From positions 1-24,119 of IMG/VR virus record IMGVR_UViG_3300010220_000008: a stretch of 24,119 nt of DNA; one strand, 5' to 3'. The DNA is from a virus. Its lineage: Duplodnaviria; Caudoviricetes. Under the pieces are notes generated by a model. It had not been told where the DNA came from, did no database searches, and worked only from the letters and a program-made list of their open reading frames with translations. The translations under genes were made by a program, and so were the position numbers. Below, piece after piece: positions 15,923 through 24,119 of the stretch (positions are counted from its first letter, which is position 1; the number at the start of each line of letters is the position of its first letter).

Positions 15923-16864
15923 ATGGCACGAGCCCAAGGGGCGCGGGCGCAGATGGCGCTTGCGTTCGAGACGACATATGGCACGCCGCCCGCGAGCGGT
16001 TTTGTGCGCATGCCCTTTGCCAGCGCGACGCTGGGGGCCGAGCAGCCGCTACTGAACAGCGAGCTGCTGGGCTACGGCCGCGATCCGTTGGCGCCGATCA
16101 AGGATGCGGTGACCGCCGATGGCAATGTCGTTGTTCCCATCGACGCGCAGGGGTTCGGCTTTTGGCTCAAGGCGGCGTTCGGGCAGCCGATCACGACCGG
16201 CGCGGATGCACCTTATTCGCATGAGTTCCGCTCGGGGAACTGGACCCTGCCCAGCATGGCCCTCGAGACTGGCATGCCGGAGGTGCCCCGCTTCGCGATG
16301 TATTCGGGCTGCGTGCTCGACACGCTGTCCTGGCAGATGCAGCGCTCGGGCCTGCTGACGGCGACCGCGAGCCTCGTGGCGCAGGGCGAATCCACCGCCG
16401 CGGCTTCGGCTGCCGGCACGCTGGCGGACCTCGCGCTGCAGCGCTTCGGCCATTTCAATGGCGCGATCACGCGCAACGGACAGCCGCTTGGCAACATCGT
16501 CTCGGCCGAGATCACTTATGCCAACAATCTCGATCGCGTGGAGACCATCCGCTCGGACGGGCGCATCGATGGGGCCGACCCTTCCATCGCCGCCCTGACG
16601 GGGCGCATCGAAGTCCGTTTCGCCGATCAGCTACTGGTCAATCAGGCAATCAATGGCGATCCCTGCGAGATGAGTTTCGCCTACACGCTGCCCTCGGGTG
16701 AAAGCCTGACGCTGGTGGCGCATGCCGTCTATCTGCCCCGCCCGCGGATCGAGATCGCCGGGCCGCAGGGCGTGCAGGCCACCTTCGACTGGCAGGCGGC
16801 GCGCGATGGCGGCTTGGGCCGGATGTGCACCGTAACCCTGATCAACGCCATCGAGGAGTACTGA
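15923..16864 (+). CDS. Tail tube (major tail) protein
   Basis: AGGAG RBS; AFETTYGT.P, TLPS..LE.G, YSGC..D.L and TG.IEVRF motifs. Confidence 0.9.
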   Translation: MARAQGARAQMALAFETTYGTPPASGFVRMPFASATLGAEQPLLNSELLGYGRDPLAPIKDAVTADGNVVVPIDAQGFGFWLKAAFGQPITTGADAPYSHEFRSGNWTLPSMALETGMPEVPRFAMYSGCVLDTLSWQMQRSGLLTATASLVAQGESTAAASAAGTLADLALQRFGHFNGAITRNGQPLGNIVSAEITYANNLDRVETIRSDGRIDGADPSIAALTGRIEVRFADQLLVNQAINGDPCEMSFAYTLPSGESLTLVAHAVYLPRPRIEIAGPQGVQATFDWQAARDGGLGRMCTVTLINAIEEY

Positions 16865-16866
16865 TC

Positions 16867-17304
16867 ATGCTGCGCCTGAACCTTGCCCGCGAGCCCTATT
16901 GGCTCGAACTCGGCCTTGGCGTGCGCGTCCGGGTGGAGCCGCTGACCACGGCGCTGATGGTCGCCGCGCGCAGCGACCCGTCCGTGCGCGGCCTGCCCGA
17001 GGGCACGAGCGACGACGAGATCGCCGTGATCTTCGGCAAGGTGCTGGCTGAACGCGCGATCCTCGACTGGGAGGGCGTCGGCGATGCAGACGGAAATCCC
17101 ACTCCGGTGACGCCCGAGGGTATCGCGGCCCTGCTCGACATCTGGCCGATCTTCGAGAAGTTCCAGATGGGCTATGTCGCCAAGGGTCTGGAGCTGGAAG
17201 CGGAAAAAAACGCCTCCGCGCCCTCGCCGAGTGGGTCTGGGGCGGGGGCGAAGGTTACTGCGCAGCATGCACGCAAAGCTGCAAAGACTGCCCGCAAATC
17301 CTGA
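16867..17304 (+). CDS. Tail assembly chaperone (gpG-like)
   Basis: GAGGAG RBS; ILDWEGVGDADG.P.PVTPE motif; slippery EKN codons. Confidence 0.85.
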   Translation: MLRLNLAREPYWLELGLGVRVRVEPLTTALMVAARSDPSVRGLPEGTSDDEIAVIFGKVLAERAILDWEGVGDADGNPTPVTPEGIAALLDIWPIFEKFQMGYVAKGLELEAEKNASAPSPSGSGAGAKVTAQHARKAAKTARKS

Positions 17305-17540
17305 ACGCACCGCGCACGCTCGAGGGCTGGCAGGTCTGGGACCTGGCCGGGCGGCTTGGTGGGCAGATTCGGGCGGTGCCCGGCGTCGTGCTGGGCTGGG
17401 ACATGACAGCAGCGCTGGCCATGGCGAAGGCACTGGGCGTGGACGCCCGCGCCGCTGCCGAGTTCCTGCCGGTGATGGAGGCGGTTATGGCGCGGCACCT
17501 CAATCAGCAGATGGATGGCAGCAGGGAGGCTGACCGATGA
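17205..17540 (+). CDS. -1 frameshift extension of the tail chaperone (gpT-like); absent from the ORF track
   Basis: A AAA AAC heptamer at 17205-17211. The -1 frame reads RLRALAEWVWGGGEGYCAACTQSCKDCP...GWQVWDL...LGWDMTAAL...EFLPVMEA...ADR and stops at TGA 17538-17540, overlapping the tape measure ATG. Confidence 0.85.
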   Translation, partial: KKRLRALAEWVWGGGEGYCAACTQSCKDCPQILNAPRTLEGWQVWDLAGRLGGQIRAVPGVVLGWDMTAALAMAKALGVDARAAAEFLPVMEAVMARHLNQQMDGSREADR

Positions 17541-19987
17541 CAGAAAAACGCGTCAGCGTGCGCCTCTCGGCCACTGGCGGGCGGCAGGTGAAGGCCGAGC
17601 TGGAAGGCGTCGGCGAGGCTGGATCGCGTGGCTTTGGCCGGCTATCGCGCGAAATGGAAGGCGCTAACGCCAGGCTGGCTGCCTTTGCTCGCCGTGCCCG
17701 CGTGGCGATGGCGGCAGCGGCAGCAGCGATTGCGGCGGCGGCCACGGCGATGATCCGCTCGGGGCTCCAGACGGTCGATGCGCAAGCCAAGCTCGCCGCC
17801 TCGCTCGACACCACGGTCGAGAGCATCCAGGTGCTGGAGCGCGCGGGCGATCTGGCCGGCGTGTCGATGGGTCAGGTCGAACAGGCCGCGATGCAACTGA
17901 CGCGGCGGCTGTCGCAGGCTGCCGCCGGAACCGGCCCGGCCGTGGACGCGCTGACCCGGCTGCGCCTATCCGCCGCCGAGTTGCAGGCGCTGCCGCTCGA
18001 CCAGCGCATCGCGCTCATTCAGGACCGGCTGGCGGAGTTCGTGCCCGAGGCCCAGCGGGCGGCGGTGGCCTCAACGCTCTTTGGCGACCGGGCGGCATTG
18101 GTGTTCACCCGCATCGACACCGCCACACTGCGCCAGGCCACGCAGGACGTACGGGATTTTGGCGTGGTGGTCTCGGATCAGGATGCGGCCCAGATCGAGC
18201 GGACCAATGACGCAATCTCACGGCTGGGGCTGATCTGGCGGGGGCTCTCGAACCAGCTGGCCGTGGCTGCCGCCCCGGCGCTGGAAGGTGTGGCCGATGC
18301 CATGGCTGCGGTCGCGCGCACCACCGGACCGCTTGGCATCGCCATCCGCACGCTATTCGAGAATCTTGGGCGGCTGACAGCCTATGCAACAGGAATCGCC
18401 GCGTTGATGGCGGGACGGTTCGTCGCGGCCAAGATCGCGGCTGCTGCCTCTGTCAGGGGGCTAGCCATGGCGCTGGTGATCCTTCGCGGCGCGCTGCTGC
18501 GCCTGCCCTTCATCGGCCTGATCGTGGCCGCAGGCGAGCTGATCCACTGGTTCGGGCTGCTGGTGCGCGGCGCCGGTGGGTTTGGCAACGCGCTCTCGCT
18601 GCTCGGCGATCTTGCCCGCGAGGTCTGGGAGCGCATCAAGCTTGGTGCCGTCGCCATGGGCCTCGCGATCATGGCGAGTTGGGCTGACATCAAGGCTGCC
18701 ATCGCCGAGGCGTTGCAGACCTCGCTCGAAGCCGTGGTCGGTTTCGGCAATGCCGCCATGAACACCTTCCAGGGGGCTCTGGACGCGATCAAGGTGCTCT
18801 GGGGCGCGCTGCCGGGTGCGATCGGGGACTTTGCCTTTCAGGCCGCGAATGCGCTGATCGCAGGCGTCGAGGCCATGCTCAACGGCGTCGGCCAGCGGAT
18901 CAACGGATTTCTGGACGGTATCAATGCCGGCCTTGAGGCGCTGGGCATCGAGCGGCGCATCTCGCTGATCGGCAATCTGGAACTGGGCCGGATCGACAAT
19001 CCCTTCGCGGGATCAGCGTCTGAGGCGGGGGCCGAGGCAAGGGCCGCATTCCAGGCGGCGTTCTCGGCCGAGCCGATCACGATGCCGGATCTCGGGCTTG
19101 GGGCTTACGCAGAGGAAGCCCGCGGCCAGGCCGAGGCGCTGCGCGAGGTGATGTCCGGCGTGGTGGACGCGGCCACCGCGCCGCTGGAGTCGGTAGCCGC
19201 CCTGCGCGAGGCTGTGGCCGCGTCGGGGGCCGAGGCGGAAACCGCCCTCACCGGTGCGCGCAACGCGGCTGAAGGACTGGAGGAGGCGCTCGATTCCACC
19301 GGCGAAGCCGCGGGCCGTGCTGGTAGCGCTGGCCGCGGGGCCGGTCAGGCCCTGCGCGCGGCGGCGGACACGGCGCGGGATGCATGGGAGGCCACGGCTG
19401 AGGCTGTCCGCGCCGCGCAGGAGCGCTCGCGCGAGATCGCTCAGGGCCTCGCGCAGGATATTGTCGGTCCGATCAAAGAGGCGTTGAAATCCGGCGAGTT
19501 CACCTGGGAGACCTTCGCCAGCGCCATCTCGCGGATCGCCCAGAACCTCGCGAATCGGCTGATCGAACTGGCCTTCAAGCCGATCGAGAACGCAATCATG
19601 CGCGCTTTCTCGGGCATGGGGGGCGGTGGCGGGTTCTTCGCAAGCCTCTTCGGCTTCGCCAAGGGCGGCGTTTTCGCCGGGGGTCAGGAACTGACGGCCT
19701 TCGCGCGCGGCGGCGTGGTCAACCGGCCGACGGTGTTTCCCTTCTCGCGCGGCGTCGGGCTGATGGGCGAAGCCGGGCCCGAGGCGATCTTGCCCCTGCG
19801 CCGCGGCCGCGACGGGCGGCTTGGCGTAGAGATGAACAATGGCCCGGCACAGCCTGCACAGGACATGTCGACCCGGATCATCAACGTGCTCGACCCGTCG
19901 GTGGTCGGCGACTACCTCGCTACGCCCTCGGGCGAGCGGGCGATCCTGAACGTCATCCGCCGAAATCGGAGTGCTCTGAATGCCTGA
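17537..19987 (+). CDS. Tail tape measure protein
   Basis: 816 aa, Ala/Gly-rich and helical; C-terminal FAKGG..FARGGVV.RPT.F...GLMGEAGPEAILPL.R. Confidence 0.94.
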   Translation: MTEKRVSVRLSATGGRQVKAELEGVGEAGSRGFGRLSREMEGANARLAAFARRARVAMAAAAAAIAAAATAMIRSGLQTVDAQAKLAASLDTTVESIQVLERAGDLAGVSMGQVEQAAMQLTRRLSQAAAGTGPAVDALTRLRLSAAELQALPLDQRIALIQDRLAEFVPEAQRAAVASTLFGDRAALVFTRIDTATLRQATQDVRDFGVVVSDQDAAQIERTNDAISRLGLIWRGLSNQLAVAAAPALEGVADAMAAVARTTGPLGIAIRTLFENLGRLTAYATGIAALMAGRFVAAKIAAAASVRGLAMALVILRGALLRLPFIGLIVAAGELIHWFGLLVRGAGGFGNALSLLGDLAREVWERIKLGAVAMGLAIMASWADIKAAIAEALQTSLEAVVGFGNAAMNTFQGALDAIKVLWGALPGAIGDFAFQAANALIAGVEAMLNGVGQRINGFLDGINAGLEALGIERRISLIGNLELGRIDNPFAGSASEAGAEARAAFQAAFSAEPITMPDLGLGAYAEEARGQAEALREVMSGVVDAATAPLESVAALREAVAASGAEAETALTGARNAAEGLEEALDSTGEAAGRAGSAGRGAGQALRAAADTARDAWEATAEAVRAAQERSREIAQGLAQDIVGPIKEALKSGEFTWETFASAISRIAQNLANRLIELAFKPIENAIMRAFSGMGGGGGFFASLFGFAKGGVFAGGQELTAFARGGVVNRPTVFPFSRGVGLMGEAGPEAILPLRRGRDGRLGVEMNNGPAQPAQDMSTRIINVLDPSVVGDYLATPSGERAILNVIRRNRSALNA

Positions 19988-21152
19988 GGTGGGTGCCCCA
20001 CTGCCGCCGCCACTCTGGGCATTCCCGGCGGCGCAGGAGATCACCGAGGTGCTGGAATGGCGCACCGATGTCCTGACATCGCGCGCGGGCGAACAGCGCA
20101 TCGCGCTCCGACCCCGGCCGCGGGAGATCGTCACCTTCCGGCACAGGCTGGATGCGCTGGGGATGGCGCGGGCGGCGGAATTGACGCGCGCGGGCTTTGC
20201 CGGAGACTGGAACGTGCCACTCTGGCACATGGCGCTGCAGCCCGAAGCCGATTTGATCCATGGCGCGACCGAAATCCTGCTCGACACGGTGCTCTCGGAT
20301 TTCAGAAGCAGCGATCTGGCAGCGATTGCGGTCGATGGCGGAGAGGCGGTGCCCGTGGAAATCGCCAGCGTTCCGCCCGACCGGCTGATCCTGGCGGAAC
20401 CACTGTTGCTGCAACTGCCGAGCCCGACAGTAGCGGCACAACGGGTCACGGTCGCGCCAATCCGCGCGGGCTTGCTTACCTCAGCGGTCGAGATCGTGCG
20501 CCGTAGGCAGGGTGATGGCACTGTCACGGCCAGCTTCATGCTACGCAATGCGCCAGACATCGCTGCCCCGACCATGCCCAGTTATCTCGGCCGCCCGGTT
20601 CAGACCGATCCAAGCCTCGCTCGCCGTCCGCTCACCGCCAGCCTCCGCCGTGCTGTCGAATATGTCGACAACGGCTTCGGCCTTGTCGTGGTGGAGCCGA
20701 TGCGCGATGTCTTCGAACGAAATGAAACGATCACGCTGAAGGCGCAAGGTCCCAGCGCACGCCATGCCTTGCGCCGCTGGATCTGGTCGCTTCGCGGGCG
20801 GCAGGCCAGCTTCTGGCTGCCGACCTGGGGGCGCGAGCTGCAGTTGCGCGCGGCCATGACCTCTGGATCCACGCTGATGCGCATCGCCCCGGTTGCGTCG
20901 CTCGCGGCATATATCGGCCGCGCGATCCTGCTGGAAATGCCCTCCGCGTTGCGCTTCCGCACGATCACGGCGGCGGTCGCTGATGGCGCGGATCACCGGC
21001 TGACGCTGTCTTCGAACCTCGGCGAGCCGGTGCCGTTCACGACGAAGGTGCATTTCCTCACCTCGATGCGCGCGGATGCCGACCGCGTTGAGATCCAGCA
21101 TGGCGCTGTTGCGAGCGAGGTCACGCTGCCTGTCATTGAGGTGCCCGCATGA
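19980..21152 (+). CDS. Minor tail protein (distal-tail-like)
   Basis: E.LEW.TDVL.S..GEQRIALR..PR and LRGRQ..FWLPTW motifs; follows the tape measure. Confidence 0.72.
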   Translation: MPEVGAPLPPPLWAFPAAQEITEVLEWRTDVLTSRAGEQRIALRPRPREIVTFRHRLDALGMARAAELTRAGFAGDWNVPLWHMALQPEADLIHGATEILLDTVLSDFRSSDLAAIAVDGGEAVPVEIASVPPDRLILAEPLLLQLPSPTVAAQRVTVAPIRAGLLTSAVEIVRRRQGDGTVTASFMLRNAPDIAAPTMPSYLGRPVQTDPSLARRPLTASLRRAVEYVDNGFGLVVVEPMRDVFERNETITLKAQGPSARHALRRWIWSLRGRQASFWLPTWGRELQLRAAMTSGSTLMRIAPVASLAAYIGRAILLEMPSALRFRTITAAVADGADHRLTLSSNLGEPVPFTTKVHFLTSMRADADRVEIQHGAVASEVTLPVIEVPA

Positions 21153-22015
21153 CCTATGCCAGCATCGAAGCCTCGGTCGCCGAGGGCCGACCCTATTTCC
21201 TCTACCAGTTCGTGGAGGGCGATCAGGTCTGGCGCTTCACCAGCCGCGCCACGGCGTGGATCAGCGCGGGGAGCGGTGGCACCGAGATCACCTGGGAGCC
21301 TGCCGCCGTCGCCCATGGCGATGTGGTGCAGACGAGCGAGATCGAGCGCGGGCGGCTGGAACTGACCTGGCCACTCTCGCATCCCTTCGCGCGGCGCTTT
21401 CTCGCGCCGCTGGGCAACACGCCCGTGACGCTGACGATCTTCCGCGGTCACGAGCAGGTGCTGGGCGAGACCGTCGCGCATTGGAAGGGCCGCGTGGTGG
21501 GGGCCGAGGTGGAGGGGCAGCGCATCCTGCTGCAGGCCGAGTCGATCTTCAGCACCTTGCGCCGCGCCGGTGTGCGGGCGAAGTACCAGCGGCTGTGCCG
21601 CCATGCGCTTTATGGTCGGGGCTGCGGGCTCGACATCGCGCTCTACTGGCTGACCGGCACGGTGACGGCTGTATCCGGCAACGCCTCGAGCCTGACGATC
21701 CCCGAAGCGGCGGCCGAGCCCGCCGGCTGGTACCGGGGCGGTGTGCTCAGGTTCGGCGCGCAGCTCGGGTTCATCACCGGCCATGCCGGGGCCACCTTCA
21801 CACTGTCGCGCCCGATGCCGGAACTGGCGGCGGCGCTCGCCGCACCGGAGATCGACCCGGAGACCGACACACCGCTCCCGGTCCTCGCCGATATCGCCCC
21901 GGGCTGTGACCTGCGCGCCGCCACCTGCGCGGCGAAGTTCGGCAACCTCGCCAACTTCGGGGGCTTCCCCGAGATCCCCGGCCGCAACCCCTTCGGCGGC
22001 AGCTCCATCGTCTGA
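21149..22015 (+). CDS. BR0599/DUF2163-type tail hub protein (gpL-like Cys cluster)
   Basis: CRHALY..GC, PGCD....TC..KFGN..NFGGFP.IP..NPF motifs. Confidence 0.9.
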   Translation: MTYASIEASVAEGRPYFLYQFVEGDQVWRFTSRATAWISAGSGGTEITWEPAAVAHGDVVQTSEIERGRLELTWPLSHPFARRFLAPLGNTPVTLTIFRGHEQVLGETVAHWKGRVVGAEVEGQRILLQAESIFSTLRRAGVRAKYQRLCRHALYGRGCGLDIALYWLTGTVTAVSGNASSLTIPEAAAEPAGWYRGGVLRFGAQLGFITGHAGATFTLSRPMPELAAALAAPEIDPETDTPLPVLADIAPGCDLRAATCAAKFGNLANFGGFPEIPGRNPFGGSSIV

Positions 22016-22024
22016 GAAGTCGTC

Positions 22025-22273
22025 ATGGTCTGGACCTTCATCGCACGGCTTGTCCTCGGGCTGGTGCTCTCGGCAATTTCCTATGCGCTGAGCCCGCGCC
22101 CCAAGGTCGAGAAGCCTCAGGCGGCGGGGCTGGACGATTTCTCCCTGCCCACCGCCGAGGAAGGGCGGCCGATTCCGGTGGTGTTCGGGACGGTGCTGAT
22201 CACAGGCCCCAACGTCGTCTGGGCAGGCGACCTGAAGGTGGATCCGATCAAGAAGAAAGGCGGCAAGAAGTGA
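22025..22273 (+). CDS. Small tail assembly protein
   Basis: Hydrophobic N-terminus; PTAEEGRPIPVVFGT...GPNVVW.GD motif. Confidence 0.82.
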   Translation: MVWTFIARLVLGLVLSAISYALSPRPKVEKPQAAGLDDFSLPTAEEGRPIPVVFGTVLITGPNVVWAGDLKVDPIKKKGGKK

Positions 22274-22476
22274 CGCGTGTGACGATCCAGGACCTGCGCG
22301 ATGCCCGCTACTGCCTCGCGGGCGTGCGGCCATGGTTCCGCCGCCACGGGTTCGACTGGCAGGCGTTTCTCGACAGCGGCATCGACGCCGACCGGCTGCG
22401 CATAACTGGGGATGCGCTGGTGGAGCCGGTGATCACGATCGCCGAGCAGCGGGAGGCATGCGATGGGCGGGCGTAG
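22270..22476 (+). CDS. Small conserved tail-associated protein
   Basis: C..G.R.WF.RHGFDW..FL..GI motif; GTGA overlap. Confidence 0.8.
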   Translation: MTRVTIQDLRDARYCLAGVRPWFRRHGFDWQAFLDSGIDADRLRITGDALVEPVITIAEQREACDGRA

Positions 22477-24119
22477 CAAGGCGCAGACCGTTGGCTTCCG
22501 CTATTCGCTGGGGATGCATCTGGCGCTCTGTCATGGGCCGATCGATGCCATCCGCGAGATCCTCGTTGACCGCCGCACCGCATGGTCTGTCACGACCGGC
22601 GGCGGCGTTTCGGGTGGCGGCGCGGCGGTGGAGACGCGGATCGGCGCGGTTGCAGGCATGGCGGCAACTGCGGCGCTGGCAGGTGACACGGACGCCTCGA
22701 TCACCTTTCCGGGGACGCGCGCCGGGGTGCGCATCGGCCGGGACTACCGGCTGCAACTCGCGAATGGCACGAGCCAGACCATCACGCTGCGCGGCGTCAG
22801 TTTCAACGCCGCCAGCAATCTGACCTCCTGGTCCGTCTTGCCCGAGGCGCTGAGTTTCCCCTCGCAGGCCGTCGAGGTGTTCGAGGCAACCAGTGCCGCC
22901 AGCAATGCCGGCGCAGGCGGCGGGCGCATCCGCATCGACAAGCCCGACCTCTTCGGCGGCGAGAGCCGCGAGGGGGGCATTCGCGGCGATGTCGATGTGC
23001 TGATGGGCGGGCCGGGCCAAGGGCAGAACGACTACCTGGCCGCGCGCATGAATGGCGACGTGCCCGGCTATCGCGGGCTCTGCAGCCTCGTGTTGCGGCA
23101 GGTCTATCTCGGCATCAACCCGTATCTTAAGCCGTGGGCGGTCCGCGTGACCCGCGTGCTGACCGGCGAGGCGGGCGCGGCGCAATGGTATCCCGAGAAG
23201 GCCGCCATCGTGCCCGAGGCCAATATCTCGGACGCCGCGATCTATATCGCGCTCGATGTCTCGGGCTCGATGTCTGGCACGCGCATGGCGGCGCAGAAGG
23301 CGGGCGTTGCGGCGCTGATCCGCGAGATCGGGGCCAGTGTAGATCCTGACCGTCCGAACGACATCCGCATCGTGCTCTGGAACGCAGGCGTCGCAGGCGC
23401 GATCGAACGGCGCGAGATGGGACCGGACGATTATGCCGCGCTCGAGACCTGGATGCTGGCGCTCTCGAACAGCACCTCGGGCGGCACCAGTTTTGACGCC
23501 GCCTTCTCGCAGGCGGGAGCGTTTTTCGCGGGCGGCGGGTCCAAGCGACGGATCGTCATCTTCGTTACCGATGGCGAGCCATCGCCGGTCTCCTCCGTCG
23601 ATGCGGCGCTGGCCATTATCCGCACCCTGCCGCCGGCCGACATCTTCGGCTTCAACATCGCGCTGGCCAACACGACCTATACCGCGCGCATCGACAACAC
23701 GCCGGTGGATGGCGTGCCGGTGATCCCGGCTGGCAACCTGCAGGCGCTGGTCGCCTCCCTGCGCGGGGCCTTCGGGAACGGTCCGGACATGAACCCGGCG
23801 CATATCATCCGAGAGTGCCTGACGAACCGTGACTGGGGCTTGGGCTATTCGACGGTCGAGATTGGGGCGAGTTTCACGGCGGCGGCAGATGCGCTTTACA
23901 CCGAGGGCTTCGGCCTGTCGCTGATCTGGCAGCAGGATAGCTCCATCGAGGATTTCATCGGCAGCGTTCTCGACCATATCGACGCGACACTCTTCATCGA
24001 CCGGCGCACCGGGCTTTGGGAGCTGCAACTCATCCGTGCCGACTACACGGCCGCAACACTGCCGCTCTTCGACGAGACCAATGTCGTGGACTGGGGCCGC
24101 CTGGGGCGGCGCGCGCCGT
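22463..24119 (+). CDS. Tail tip/host-specificity protein with an inserted vWA domain (3' truncated by the window)
   Basis: GGAGG RBS. Manual translation is open to the window end: MGGRSKAQTVGFRYSLGMHL..CHGPID, PDLFGGE.REGG, NPYLKPW, WYPEKA, LDVSGSM, GGTSF, VIFVTDG, DMNPAHIIRECLT. Confidence 0.9.
   Translation, partial: MGGRSKAQTVGFRYSLGMHLALCHGPIDAIREILVDRRTAWSVTTGGGVSGGGAAVETRIGAVAGMAATAALAGDTDASITFPGTRAGVRIGRDYRLQLANGTSQTITLRGVSFNAASNLTSWSVLPEALSFPSQAVEVFEATSAASNAGAGGGRIRIDKPDLFGGESREGGIRGDVDVLMGGPGQGQNDYLAARMNGDVPGYRGLCSLVLRQVYLGINPYLKPWAVRVTRVLTGEAGAAQWYPEKAAIVPEANISDAAIYIALDVSGSMSGTRMAAQKAGVAALIREIGASVDPDRPNDIRIVLWNAGVAGAIERREMGPDDYAALETWMLALSNSTSGGTSFDAAFSQAGAFFAGGGSKRRIVIFVTDGEPSPVSSVDAALAIIRTLPPADIFGFNIALANTTYTARIDNTPVDGVPVIPAGNLQALVASLRGAFGNGPDMNPAHIIRECLTNRDWGLGYSTVEIGASFTAAADALYTEGFGLSLIWQQDSSIEDFIGSVLDHIDATLFIDRRTGLWELQLIRADYTAATLPLFDETNVVDWGRLGRRAP

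Larger units (their letters stand above)
1..24119 (+). mobile_element. Temperate siphophage/prophage morphogenesis region (lambda-like head, long non-contractile tail); extends beyond both window edges
   Basis: Canonical order terS-terL-gpW-portal-protease-decoration-capsid-neck-tail tube-chaperone-tape measure-tail tip, with many overlapping stop/start codons. No sheath gene is seen. Confidence 0.97.

Noticed and set aside
17174-17533. 119-aa plus-strand ORF from the track as the gpT gene
   Set aside because: It is the +1 frame with low-complexity Gly/Arg sequence. The -1 frame has the slippery site and the coupling to the tape measure.
19013-20575. 520-aa minus-strand ORF
   Set aside because: Shadow ORF spanning the tape measure and the next tail gene.
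22433-24028. 531-aa minus-strand ORF
   Set aside because: Antisense shadow of the truncated plus-strand tail tip gene, which the track omitted because it has no stop codon in the window.
6626-24119. Gene transfer agent cluster
   Set aside because: The head genes are lambda-type (GpA terminase, lambda portal, S49 protease, gpE) with a cos-like site, unlike the HK97-type RcGTA head module, and the tape measure is long.

Overview
The window is the packaging, head and tail arm of a high-GC temperate siphophage or prophage. The host is probably an alphaproteobacterium such as a Rhodobacteraceae member (inference). It opens with a lambda-like cos signature: cosQ-like and cosN-like sequences, a cluster of 10-bp repeats and a consensus IHF site. 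About 6.3 kb of accessory DNA separates this from the terminase genes: two tandem ParB-DNA methyltransferase fusions (DPPY and SPPY types), a MerR-like HTH gene, a small membrane protein, and an antisense cassette of eight small genes. Next comes a lambda-type head operon (terS, GpA-type terL, gpW, portal, S49 protease with a nested scaffold start, decoration protein, major capsid). The tail region follows, with an inverted lower-GC moron, a tail chaperone -1 frameshift, the tape measure, a BR0599/DUF2163-type hub, and a truncated tail-tip protein that carries an inserted vWA (MIDAS) domain. All family calls come from motif recognition and synteny, not from database searches.
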